This document shows positions 30,037-40,312 of a stretch of DNA of 64,000 bases, in pieces (position 1 is the first letter of the stretch; every line of letters starts with the position of its first letter). Origin of the DNA: Candidatus Binatia bacterium (GTDB lineage Bacteria; Acidobacteriota; Terriglobia; Acidiferrales; UBA7541). The notes under the pieces were generated by a model. The model was not told the DNA's origin. It saw only the letters and a program-made list of their open reading frames with translations, and did not search any database. Where the stretch lies: positions 12,747-76,746 of the forward strand of contig DATIYQ010000181.1 in assembly GCA_035517515.1 (NCBI GenBank), written 5' to 3'. A program made the translations under genes and the position numbers.

Positions 30037-31245
30037 TCACAACAATTGGTGCGTGGGTTTTTGTGCGCCGCCGGGTTTGGCCGGGGAGCCCACCGGGATG
30101 GGCACCTGCGCCGCGATGGACAGGCCGTAACCATCGAGGGCCACCACTTTGCGCGGATGATTGGTCAGCACGCGCACCTTGGAGAGCCCCAAGTCCAGCA
30201 GGATTTGAACGCCGATGCCGCTTTCGCGCTGCACCATGCGCTGCCGATCGAGATCATTATCCAGATGCTCGCGCTTGTGGTAACGCAGCCGGGGCATTTG
30301 CCCCTCGGTTGCGCCGCTCGAATCCACCCCGAAGCCGCGCCCGCGGTGATGCAGATAGACAAACACCCCGCGGTCTTCCGCCGCAATGCGCTCCAGCGAA
30401 TGCTCAATCAATTCCGCGCAATCGCAGGCGGTGGAGTGCAGCACGTCTCCCGTGAGGCAGTGCGAATGCAGCCGCACCAGCGGCGGCGGCTGGCCGTCTG
30501 CCCCGGGCAGTTCTCCCCTCACCAGCGCCACGTGCAGTTCGTCGTCCGCTTCGCTGCGGTAGACAATCATGCGGAACTCGCCGAAGCGGGTGGGCAGCGC
30601 GCCCTCGGCCACCCGGTGCATGTGCCGTTCGTGCTGCATGCGGTGGCGGATCAGGTCCGCGATGGTCAGCAGCTTCAGCCCGTGCCGCCGGCAGAACTCG
30701 GTCAATTCCGGCACGCGGGCCATGGTGCCGTCGTCGTTCATGATTTCACAGATGACGCCGGCGGGAGATAGCCCGGCGGAGCGCGCCAGGTCCACGCTGG
30801 CTTCAGTCTGCCCGGCGCGCACCAGCACGCCCCCGCGCCGCGCCTTCAGCGGAAACACGTGTCCCGGGCGGGCCAGGTCCGCCGGCCTCGTTTTGGGATC
30901 AATCGCTGTGAGGATGGTGGTGGCGCGATCCGCGGCGCTGATTCCGGTGGTCACACCGCGCCGGGCCTCGATGGATTCACAAAACGGCGTTCCATAGCTC
31001 GAGGTGTTCTGCGCCACCATCATGGAGAGGTTTAGTTCCTCGCAGCGCTCTTCGGTCAGCGAGAGGCACACCAGCCCGCGCCCAAACCGCGCCATGAAGT
31101 TGATGGCGTCCGGCGTCACTTTTTCCGCCGCCATGCACAAGTCGCCTTCGTTTTCGCGGTCCGCGTCGTCCACGAGCACGATCATGCGGCCCTGGCGGAT
31201 TTCTTCCAGGGCCTCTTCCACGCTGCAGAATGGGCGCTCGCTCAT
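30037..31245 (-). CDS. ribBA: Bifunctional 3,4-dihydroxy-2-butanone-4-phosphate synthase / GTP cyclohydrolase II
   Basis: The N-terminal half is RibB-like ([14 protein letters not shown]). The C-terminal half is RibA-like ([19 protein letters not shown]). Start at ATG 31245 (MSERPF...); the tracked start is 31269. Confidence 0.92.
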   Translation of the reverse strand: MSERPFCSVEEALEEIRQGRMIVLVDDADRENEGDLCMAAEKVTPDAINFMARFGRGLVCLSLTEERCEELNLSMMVAQNTSSYGTPFCESIEARRGVTTGISAADRATTILTAIDPKTRPADLARPGHVFPLKARRGGVLVRAGQTEASVDLARSAGLSPAGVICEIMNDDGTMARVPELTEFCRRHGLKLLTIADLIRHRMQHERHMHRVAEGALPTRFGEFRMIVYRSEADDELHVALVRGELPGADGQPPPLVRLHSHCLTGDVLHSTACDCAELIEHSLERIAAEDRGVFVYLHHRGRGFGVDSSGATEGQMPRLRYHKREHLDNDLDRQRMVQRESGIGVQILLDLGLSKVRVLTNHPRKVVALDGYGLSIAAQVPIPVGSPAKPGGAQKPTHQLL

Positions 31246-31351
31246 ACGGGTGTCCGGCCGATGGACCACCTATCATAGCGCACCTGGAAAGGGCGGGATG
31301 ACTGGTGTGCCAGCGAGCCAACAGGAAAGCGGCGTCAAGCCGCCGCACTCC

Positions 31352-31390
31352 AAGAAAAAGGGCGCCCCGATTCCCTCGGGGCGCCCTTTC
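31352..31390 (-). terminator. Rho-independent terminator downstream of groEL
   Basis: On the minus strand: GAAAGGGCGCCCCGA-GGGAA-TCGGGGCGCCCTTT, followed by TTCTTGG. That is a 14 bp GC-rich stem, a 5 nt loop and a U-tract, about 20 nt after the groEL stop. Confidence 0.85.
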
Positions 31391-31409
31391 CAGCTTCCGC
31401 CGATTCAGC

Positions 31410-33170
<1,761 letters not shown>

Positions 33171-33485
33171 TTATTTCCTTGCCGCCTTGGCGGCTGAGCC
33201 CAGCTTGGCCAGGATTTCTTCCTCCCGCAGGATCAGGTATTCCTGATCATCCAGGCGGATTTCCGTGCCGCTGTACTTCCCGAAGAGGATGCGGTCGCCC
33301 GTAGCCACGTCCAGCGGAATGCGCTCGCCCTTCTCGCGCTTCCCGGCTCCCACGGCGATCACTTCTCCCTCCTGCGGTTTCTCCTTGGCCGTGTCGGGGA
33401 TGATGATTCCTCCGCGCACGGACTCCTTCTCCTCAATCCGCTTCACGAGCACGCGGTCGTGCAGCGGGGTAACGTTGACTGGCAT
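33171..33485 (-). CDS. groES: Co-chaperonin GroES
   Basis: ATG 33485 preceded by GGAGGAAAT. It reads [46 protein letters not shown]. The tracked start 33536 is an upstream extension. Confidence 0.95.
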   Translation of the reverse strand: MPVNVTPLHDRVLVKRIEEKESVRGGIIIPDTAKEKPQEGEVIAVGAGKREKGERIPLDVATGDRILFGKYSGTEIRLDDQEYLILREEEILAKLGSAAKAARK

Positions 33486-33548
33486 CGCTATTTCCTCCAA
33501 ATGGTGAGAATCGCGTCTTGCGGACCTTTGAAACACCGCTGGCGAGGA

Positions 33549-33575
33549 TTAGCACTCCTCGCCTGCGAGTGCTAA
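33549..33575 (-). promoter_or_regulatory. CIRCE operator (HrcA binding site) of the groES-groEL operon
   Basis: Perfect match to the consensus TTAGCACTC-N9-GAGTGCTAA: TTAGCACTC (33549-33557), CTCGCCTGC, GAGTGCTAA (33567-33575). It lies 64 nt upstream of the groES ATG. Confidence 0.9.
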
Positions 33576-33654
33576 TAGTATCCACGTCGCTCCCGACTGT
33601 CAAGCCCAGTCGAGGCTTGGGAAGCTCGCCCGGTTCCCCATAGCTTGAACAACG

Positions 33655-33684
33655 CTTTTATTTTCAATACGTTGCTGGTATCAA
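33655..33684 (-). promoter_or_regulatory. Candidate sigma70-type promoter for groES-groEL
   Basis: On the minus strand: TTGATA (33684-33679), 18 nt spacer, TAAAAG (33660-33655). It lies in the only strongly AT-rich patch of this intergenic region, upstream of CIRCE. Motif match only. Confidence 0.3.
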
Positions 33685-33846
33685 GGCAAATGCGCCATCG
33701 CCCCCGGGTTCCCATCGCCCCACGCATGCTTGCTGCTGTGAATCTCTCAAGGCTCTCCCGCGCTCCCCGCAAAAGGTGTTTACCCATCCCAGCCCCACTT
33801 ATGGCAGAATCCCGGTAGAGCGTTGCGCGACTCGGAGTACGGAGCG

Positions 33847-34365
33847 ATGGCCAGCCCCTCCAGATCTCTGCTGCCGAAGCAGAAAGTGGACTCGCGCGGA
33901 GCCCCCATCAGCGTGCCTGAATTAATGCAAACGCTGATCCGTGAAATGGCGGAATTGATTGCCCGGCGCAATGCGGAGATTGAACTCTCCCGCACCGCAG
34001 AGAATCTGGCGGTACGCGGGCCGGAGCCGGCCGTGCGCCAGATCCTCTATCAAGTCTTGCGCAATGCCCTGGAGGCTACGCCCAACTGCGGTTTGGTGCG
34101 CATCAACCTGCACGAGCAGGCCGGGCAGGTGGTGGTTGAAATCACGGACGAAGGCGCAGGAATCGCCGGGCCCTACATGTCCAAGATCTTTGCCCGCGGT
34201 TTCAGCACCAAGCCGGGCTGCAAGGGCCAGGGGCTCGCCGAGGCTGAGGAATGCCTGGGACGCCTGCGCGGTGCCATTTCCTGGGAGAGCCCGCTGCGCA
34301 CCGGGAAGGGCTGCCGCTTCACCGTGTCGCTTCCGGCTTTCGCCGCGCCTGCCGCGAGCAGTTAG
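33847..34365 (+). CDS. Stand-alone histidine-kinase-type ATPase (HATPase_c / CA) domain protein with no DHp/H-box or sensor region
   Basis: N box LRNALEAT, G1 DEGAGI, F box KIFARGFSTK, G2 GQGLAEAEE. The ORF (tracked from TTG 33823; ATG at 33847) starts only at the CA domain, and the upstream DNA is the groES promoter region. Confidence 0.6.
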   Translation: MASPSRSLLPKQKVDSRGAPISVPELMQTLIREMAELIARRNAEIELSRTAENLAVRGPEPAVRQILYQVLRNALEATPNCGLVRINLHEQAGQVVVEITDEGAGIAGPYMSKIFARGFSTKPGCKGQGLAEAEECLGRLRGAISWESPLRTGKGCRFTVSLPAFAAPAASS

Positions 34366-34381
34366 CATCCCCTTCCGTCGC

Positions 34382-34990
34382 ATGACCCCTTCCACCCCTC
34401 CAGCCTGTGGCGGATTCGTGCTGGCCGGAGGCCACAGCAGCCGCATGGGCCGCGAAAAAGGGCTGCTGGAGATCAGCGGCACGCCGCTGGTGGTGCGCGC
34501 GGCGCGTCTGCTGGCCTCAGCGTGTGATTCGGTTTCGATTGTCGGCCCGCCGGAACGCTACGCTCAGTTTGGTTTTCCCGCTCTGGCCGATGAGCAGCCC
34601 CACCTGGGACCGCTCGGAGGCATCGTTACCGCGCTCGCTCACACGTCAGCTCCGTGGAATCTGATCGTGGCCTGCGACCTTCCGTATCTGACCGCCAAGT
34701 GGCTGTGTTACCTCATCGGGCGCGCCCGCGCCTCGAGCGCCCGGGTGGTGCTCCCGGTGGGCGGCTCCGGGCCGGAGCCACTGTGCGCCGCCTACCATCG
34801 AGAGGGTGCCGGGCCAATCCGCGAGCAGCTTGAACGCGGCGTCCTGAAGGTCACGCAGGCGGTCGAGGCCGCAGGTGTGGAGCGCATCCTCGCGCAAGAC
34901 ATTCTTCCCTTTGACCCGCGCGGCGTTCTCTTCCAGAATCTGAACGCCCCGGAGGATTACGAGCGTGCCCGCGCGGATCTGGAGGGTTAG
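34382..34990 (+). CDS. mobA: Molybdenum cofactor guanylyltransferase
   Basis: In-frame ATG 34382 within tracked ORF 33959..34990. It carries GFVLAGGHSSRMGREKGLL (the LAGGxSxRMG motif), GPLGGI and ACDLPYL. Confidence 0.85.
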   Translation: MTPSTPPACGGFVLAGGHSSRMGREKGLLEISGTPLVVRAARLLASACDSVSIVGPPERYAQFGFPALADEQPHLGPLGGIVTALAHTSAPWNLIVACDLPYLTAKWLCYLIGRARASSARVVLPVGGSGPEPLCAAYHREGAGPIREQLERGVLKVTQAVEAAGVERILAQDILPFDPRGVLFQNLNAPEDYERARADLEG

Positions 34991-35065
34991 GAGTCTGTCC
35001 TCTCGAGCGGGGCGGGGGATTTGCATTCCGGTTTTCGTGGTGTTCCCGGGGCGTAAGCGGCGGCC

Positions 35066-35830
35066 ATGGCTGACCACTTCATAGAATTCCGCCACGTCAG
35101 CAAGGCTTTCGACGACCACGCGGTCCTCGACGAGGTCAGCTTTCACGTGGACCCCGGCGAGACCTGCGTGATCCTGGGCCGCAGCGGGGTAGGGAAGTCG
35201 GTGACGCTGAAGCACATTCTTGGCTTTCTGAAACCGGATGCTGGGGAGGTTTGGGTCGGCGGCCAGGAAATCACCGGCTGGGACGAGCAGCAGCTCGCCG
35301 CCATCCGCCTGCGCGTGGCAATGGTGTTCCAGTCCGGGGCGCTCTTTGATTCCCTCACCGTGCGCGAAAACGTGGCATTTCCCCTGGAGAACCGCGCAGA
35401 CCTGCCGGCTGGGGTCATTGACCGGCGCGTGAATGAGCTGCTCGAACTCCTCGAGGTCATGCCGTTTGCAGACCGCCTGCCCGCCGACCTGAGCACGGGG
35501 ATGAAGCGCGCGGTGGCCATCGCCCGGGTGCTGGCGCAGGAGCCGGAGGCCATTCTCTATGACGAGCCCACCACCATGGTGGATCCTATCATGGCGGGAC
35601 ACATCAGCGAGCTGATCCGCAAATTGAAGGAATCCTTTCGCAAGACTTCCATCGTGGTGACCCACGACACGCATCTCGCCCAGAAGCTCGCGGACCGCGT
35701 GGTCTTTCTCCAGGAGGGCCGCGTCGCTTTCTTCGGTCCCTGGGCGCAATTCGAAGCTTCCCCCGAGCCACTCTTGCGCAACTTCCTGCTCCAGGACGCC
35801 CTGATCCCGGCGCTGGACGTAACCGTATGA
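35066..35830 (+). CDS. ABC transporter ATP-binding protein, MlaF/Ttg2A-like
   Basis: Walker A GRSGVGKS, signature LSTGMKRAVAIAR, Walker B ILYDEPTT, H-loop VTHD. No ABC permease or MCE-domain gene is adjacent. Confidence 0.9.
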   Translation: MADHFIEFRHVSKAFDDHAVLDEVSFHVDPGETCVILGRSGVGKSVTLKHILGFLKPDAGEVWVGGQEITGWDEQQLAAIRLRVAMVFQSGALFDSLTVRENVAFPLENRADLPAGVIDRRVNELLELLEVMPFADRLPADLSTGMKRAVAIARVLAQEPEAILYDEPTTMVDPIMAGHISELIRKLKESFRKTSIVVTHDTHLAQKLADRVVFLQEGRVAFFGPWAQFEASPEPLLRNFLLQDALIPALDVTV

Positions 35831-37275
35831 GCGGGGCGGGCACGCCTGCTGCGGACGCGAAAAAAGAACTGCGGCGGGTGATGGGCTTCTGGGATGTGCT
35901 GCTGTTCAATATCGCCGCGGTGCTCGGCCCGCGCTGGATTGCCGCAGCGGCGCATAACGGCACCTCTTCCATCAGCCTTTGGGTGCTGGCCGCGGCCCTC
36001 TTTTTTGTTCCCACCGCGCTGGTGATCAGCGAGCTTTCCACGCGCTTTCCCGAGGAGGGCGGACTGTATGTCTGGTCCAAAGAGGCTTTCGGAGATTTTC
36101 ACGGATTCGTGGCCGGCTGGTCCTACTGGATCTACTCGGTGTTCTACTTTCCGGGGCTGCTGCTGGCCAGCGCCGCCATGAGCGCATACATCGTGGGGGA
36201 GGGCGGCGCAGGCCTGGCACAAGACCGCACCTTTCTACTGACCGGCTCTTTCCTCCTGCTGATTGTCGCCGTTTGGCTGAATGTAATTGGGCTCAATATC
36301 GGCAAGTGGCTTCAAAACGCCGGAGGCGTGGGCACCTACGCCCCCCTGCTGATTCTGACCGCCGTGGCCGGAATCCTCTGGTTCGAGCACGGCTCGCTGA
36401 CGCGCTTCACCTGGTCCAACATGCTGCCGGCGTGGAACTGGGATACGGTGAATTTCTGGTCCCAAATTGCTTTCGCCTTCACCGGGCTCGAGCTGGTGTC
36501 GGCGATGAGCGAAGAAATCCGCGAGCCACAGCGCACGCTGCCGCGGGCCATCCTGGGGTCGGGAATCCTGATCGCGGCGATTTACATTCTGGGGACACTG
36601 GCTCTGCTTACTCTGATTCCCGCCGAACAGGTGGACCCCAAGAGCGGCGTTTTCCAGGCCATCACGCATGGCTCCGGGCTGCTGCGCGCCGGCATCGTTG
36701 GAGTGGTTGCGGCGCTGCTGGTTTCCGTGGGCAATGCCGGGGGCGTGGGGACCACCGTGGCGGGAGTATCGCGAGTGCCGTTTGTGGTGGGCATCGACCG
36801 ATATCTGCCCCGGCCATTCGGCAAGATTCACCCGCGCTGGAAGACGCCCCACGTCTCCATTCTGGTGCAAGCCGGTATTTCCGGGGCGGTGCTGCTGGTG
36901 AGCCAGATCAACGAGACCACGCAGGGCGCCTATCAGGGCCTGGTGTCGATCGCGGTCATCCTATACTTCATCCCGTTCCTCTACATGTACGCCGCAGCCA
37001 TCCAACTGGCCGGGCGGGAGGACCGGACGCAAAACCGCAGGGCGGTGCTCATCCCCGGCGGCAAGCCGGGAGTTTGGCTGGTCGCCGGCCTGGCCTTTGT
37101 GGTCACTCTGGCGGCCATCGTGTTTTCGGTGATTCCTCCGGCCGAGGTGACCAATAAGTGGCTATTCGTGGTGAAGGTGGCAGGGGCTTCGCTTGCCGCC
37201 ATTGCCTTCGGCCTGGTTCTTTATTTTCGCGGCGCGCGGGAAAAAAGCAGCGTGCCCCGGCAGGGTTCCACCTGA
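35827..37275 (+). CDS. APC superfamily amino acid/polyamine permease
   Basis: Tracked 482 aa ORF with a 12-TM layout. The N-terminus is typical of the family (KKELRRVMGFWDVLLFNIAAVLGPRW; SELSTRFPEEGGLYVW). The start overlaps the ABC ATPase stop (ATGA at 35827-35830). Confidence 0.9.
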   Translation: MSGAGTPAADAKKELRRVMGFWDVLLFNIAAVLGPRWIAAAAHNGTSSISLWVLAAALFFVPTALVISELSTRFPEEGGLYVWSKEAFGDFHGFVAGWSYWIYSVFYFPGLLLASAAMSAYIVGEGGAGLAQDRTFLLTGSFLLLIVAVWLNVIGLNIGKWLQNAGGVGTYAPLLILTAVAGILWFEHGSLTRFTWSNMLPAWNWDTVNFWSQIAFAFTGLELVSAMSEEIREPQRTLPRAILGSGILIAAIYILGTLALLTLIPAEQVDPKSGVFQAITHGSGLLRAGIVGVVAALLVSVGNAGGVGTTVAGVSRVPFVVGIDRYLPRPFGKIHPRWKTPHVSILVQAGISGAVLLVSQINETTQGAYQGLVSIAVILYFIPFLYMYAAAIQLAGREDRTQNRRAVLIPGGKPGVWLVAGLAFVVTLAAIVFSVIPPAEVTNKWLFVVKVAGASLAAIAFGLVLYFRGAREKSSVPRQGST

Positions 37276-37378
37276 ATCTGGGCATCTCCCACGCTGCTCG
37301 GCCTCTCTGCTTCCCAGCGTTTCAATCCGGCGATGAGAGGGAACGCAGAGGCGTGGAGATCACAGCGGTGAAATCGGT

Positions 37379-38023
37379 TCAAAAGCCCTGACCGCGAAGT
37401 TCGGCAATGGTGAGCCGGGTAGGAGTTCCTCGGCCGTGCATTTCCAGCGCGCGCTCCACGTATTTCGCCAGGATGTCGCACTCCACGTTCACCGCGTCGC
37501 CCGGTGCCATGCGTCCGATATTCGTGTGTGCGTAGGTATAGGGAATGATGGCCGTTTCCACCACTCCCTCCCTGTAGCCCGCCACCGTCAGGCTGACGCC
37601 GTCCAGCGCAATCGAGCCTTTCATGGCCACGTAGAGTGCCAACTGCTCCGGCAGCCGAACTCCCAGCCACCAGTTTTCCCCTTCGGGCGCGATGCGCGCT
37701 ACGCGGCCGACGCCATCGACGTGGCCTTGCACAAAATGCCCGCCGAATTCTTTTCCGGCGGTCATCGGACGCTCCAGGTTTACCGGCACACCCGCGCGAA
37801 GTTCGCCGAACGATGTGCGCCGCAGCGTCTCGCCGGATAGATCCGCCGCGAATTCCTCCGCGGTCGTTTCCACCACCGTCAGGCAGCAGCCATTCACCGC
37901 GATGCTCGCGGCCACGGCGAGCTGCGGAGCCACCTGCGGCGCGCGAACGCGCAAACGCCCGCCCTCCGCTCCGCGCTCGAGCGCGCTGATGACTCCCTGC
38001 TGTTCAATGATCCCCGTAAACAT
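37379..38023 (-). CDS. ribE: Riboflavin synthase (alpha chain)
   Basis: [12 protein letters not shown] from ATG 38023. The characteristic internal repeat is present (second half GHFVQGHVDGVG). The tracked start at TTG 38047 is rejected. Confidence 0.9.
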   Translation of the reverse strand: MFTGIIEQQGVISALERGAEGGRLRVRAPQVAPQLAVAASIAVNGCCLTVVETTAEEFAADLSGETLRRTSFGELRAGVPVNLERPMTAGKEFGGHFVQGHVDGVGRVARIAPEGENWWLGVRLPEQLALYVAMKGSIALDGVSLTVAGYREGVVETAIIPYTYAHTNIGRMAPGDAVNVECDILAKYVERALEMHGRGTPTRLTIAELRGQGF

Positions 38024-39272
38024 CGCGCACGTATCCTTCCACGGCAAAATCCGGCCCGAAGCGTTGCAGGGTCACGTGATGCAAGTGTGGCATGCCCGCA
38101 AGCACTTCGAAGCGGGCGCTGCCGCTGGCCCCTCCGCGCGGCAGCATATCCAGCGCCGTTCCACCCAGAAAACGCGGAGCGTAAAACAATACCGCCTTAT
38201 CCACCACATCCGAGGCCAGCGCGGCCGCCGTGAGCCGCGGTCCGGCTTCGATCATCACGTTGAGCAATTCCAGTTCACCGAGCGCGCGGAAAACTTCCCC
38301 CACGGGCAGGCCCGGAGCGCCTATCGCCTTCCGCTTTCCGCCCTGGCTGTGCCGCGCCGGCTCGCGGAGAATGCACAGCGTCTCCACGCCCTCCTGTTCG
38401 AGTTCCCAGGCCTTGGCCGAATTTTCCGACCGGCGCGTCAACGCCAACACATCTCCCGCAGCGGAACGAACCAGCTTGCAATTCAACGGCAAGCGCAAAT
38501 GAGAATCCAGCACCACGCGCACCAGCGGGCGGCGCCGGGGAAAACCGGTGCGATCCGTGAGCAAGGGATCATCGGCAATCACCGTGCCGATGCCGGTGAC
38601 CACCGCGTCCGCCGCGTGCCGCATGCGCTGCACTTCCGCGCGCGACACCTCAGAGGTGATCCAGCGATCCTTGGCCGGAGCTGGTATCCTTTTTCCCCGC
38701 GCCGGCCGGCGGCCCAAAGCCGGCGGACGCGGAAGGGCGATCTTGCCGTCCAGGGTCAGCGCCACTTTGAGAGTCACCAGCGGCAGGCCGGTGCGAATCC
38801 ATCGCGCAAAAGCCTCGTTCAGCCTCCGCGCGTCTGCTTCCAGGATTCCGCCCACCACTTCCACTCCCGCGCGGCGCAGCAACTCGAAACTCTTACCGGA
38901 AATGCGCGGATTCGGGTCCGCCATGGCCGCCACGACGCGCTGAATCCCCGCGGCCAGGATGGCGTCCGTGCAGGGCGCGGTGCGGCCGGTATGGCAGCAC
39001 GGCTCGAGATTGAGATAAAGAGTGGCGCCGCGCGCCCGGCCGCCGGCTTCCTCCAGCGCCAGAACCTCCGCGTGTTTCACGCCATCGAAGGTGTGGAAGC
39101 CGCGGCCCACTTCGCGTCCTCCGGCCACCACAATGGCGCCCACCATGGGATTGGGATGCGCCAGCGCCTCGCCCTTGCGGGCCAGCGCCAGCGCCCGCGC
39201 CATCCATTTGAAATCCTGAGCGGGATCGCCGCCGGGTGGAGAGACGTGTTCGGAAGTTTCCGCCGCGCCCAT
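38004..39272 (-). CDS. ribD: Bifunctional diaminohydroxyphosphoribosylaminopyrimidine deaminase / 5-amino-6-(5-phosphoribosylamino)uracil reductase
   Basis: Deaminase zinc motifs HAEVLAL and [13 protein letters not shown]. The reductase half includes TLDGKIA. It overlaps the ribE start by 20 nt. Confidence 0.9.
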   Translation of the reverse strand: MGAAETSEHVSPPGGDPAQDFKWMARALALARKGEALAHPNPMVGAIVVAGGREVGRGFHTFDGVKHAEVLALEEAGGRARGATLYLNLEPCCHTGRTAPCTDAILAAGIQRVVAAMADPNPRISGKSFELLRRAGVEVVGGILEADARRLNEAFARWIRTGLPLVTLKVALTLDGKIALPRPPALGRRPARGKRIPAPAKDRWITSEVSRAEVQRMRHAADAVVTGIGTVIADDPLLTDRTGFPRRRPLVRVVLDSHLRLPLNCKLVRSAAGDVLALTRRSENSAKAWELEQEGVETLCILREPARHSQGGKRKAIGAPGLPVGEVFRALGELELLNVMIEAGPRLTAAALASDVVDKAVLFYAPRFLGGTALDMLPRGGASGSARFEVLAGMPHLHHVTLQRFGPDFAVEGYVRDVYGDH

Positions 39273-39278
39273 CGCGCC

Positions 39279-40217
39279 TCAGTCCAGCAGGGAATTCACA
39301 AACGTGGCGGGATCGAACGGCACCAGGTCGTCAATCTGCTCTCCCGTGCCGGCAAAACGGATGGGAAGGTTTAGTTCGCGCACGATGGCCACGGCAATTC
39401 CACCCTTGGCCGTGCCGTCGAGTTTGGTCAGCACCAGTCCGGTCACCCCGGCATGTTCGGTGAACTCCCGAGCCTGCACCAGGCCGTTCTGTCCGGTGGT
39501 GGCATCCAGCACCAGCAGCACTTCATGGGGAGCCCCGGGCACCTGTTTGGCCGCGGTGCGCTTCATCTTTTCGAGTTCCGCCATCAGGTTGGATTTGGTG
39601 TGCAGCCGTCCCGCGGTATCCACGATCACCACGTCCACCCCGCGCGCCCGGGCCGCCGCCATGGCATCAAAAACCACGGCCGCGGGATCCGCGCCGGCTT
39701 TCTGGCGGATCATTTCCACGCCGTTGCGCCGCGCCCAGATTTCCAATTGCTCGATGGCCGCAGCGCGAAAGGTATCTGCGGCGCACAGCAGCACGCTGCG
39801 GTTTTCTTTCTTCAGGCGGTTGGCGAGCTTTCCGATGGTGGTGGTCTTGCCGGTGCCGTTTACTCCCACCACAAAAATCACCGCCGGCGCGGCATCCACG
39901 GCGCCGTTCTTGCTGGCCGGCGCGCGCAGCACGCGCTCGAGTTGCTTTTTGAGTTCCGCGCGCACCTGGCCGCTGTCCGTGATCTTCTGTTGAGCGGCAT
40001 CCTCGCGCAGCGTGGCCAGCACCTCGCGCGTGGTGCGCACCCCCAGGTCCGCGGAGAGCAGCGCCGTCTCCAGTTTTTTCAGGAGCGCCTCATCGATTTT
40101 CTGCCCGCCCGCCAGCAATTCGCCCAGCGGCATGGTCAGCACATCGCGCGTGCGGCTGACGGATTTTCTCAGGCGCTCGGCGAGGGTGGGCTCCGGCGGT
40201 CCAAACAGCGTGATCAT
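39279..40217 (-). CDS. ftsY: Signal recognition particle receptor FtsY (short form)
   Basis: NG domain with [19 protein letters not shown] and [10 protein letters not shown]. The stop lies 6 nt before the ribD start. Confidence 0.93.
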   Translation of the reverse strand: MITLFGPPEPTLAERLRKSVSRTRDVLTMPLGELLAGGQKIDEALLKKLETALLSADLGVRTTREVLATLREDAAQQKITDSGQVRAELKKQLERVLRAPASKNGAVDAAPAVIFVVGVNGTGKTTTIGKLANRLKKENRSVLLCAADTFRAAAIEQLEIWARRNGVEMIRQKAGADPAAVVFDAMAAARARGVDVVIVDTAGRLHTKSNLMAELEKMKRTAAKQVPGAPHEVLLVLDATTGQNGLVQAREFTEHAGVTGLVLTKLDGTAKGGIAVAIVRELNLPIRFAGTGEQIDDLVPFDPATFVNSLLD

Positions 40218-40312
40218 GGCTCCATCTTAGCAGAAGGCGCACGGGCGCCCGCCGGGTTCGGGCGAGCGGCACGAGATGCAGGGCTCTTTCGGTGGAGCGG
40301 CGGGCCGGGAAA

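Noticed and set aside
31286-31348. FMN-riboswitch-like words (AGGGCGGG, CCAGCGAGCC) between groEL and ribBA
   Set aside because: They are on the + strand while ribBA is on the minus strand. The minus-strand reading shows no RFN core, and the resemblance is limited to short GC-rich words.
37692-39374. 560-aa + strand ORF
   Set aside because: It is antisense to ribE, ribD and the end of ftsY, with no motifs.
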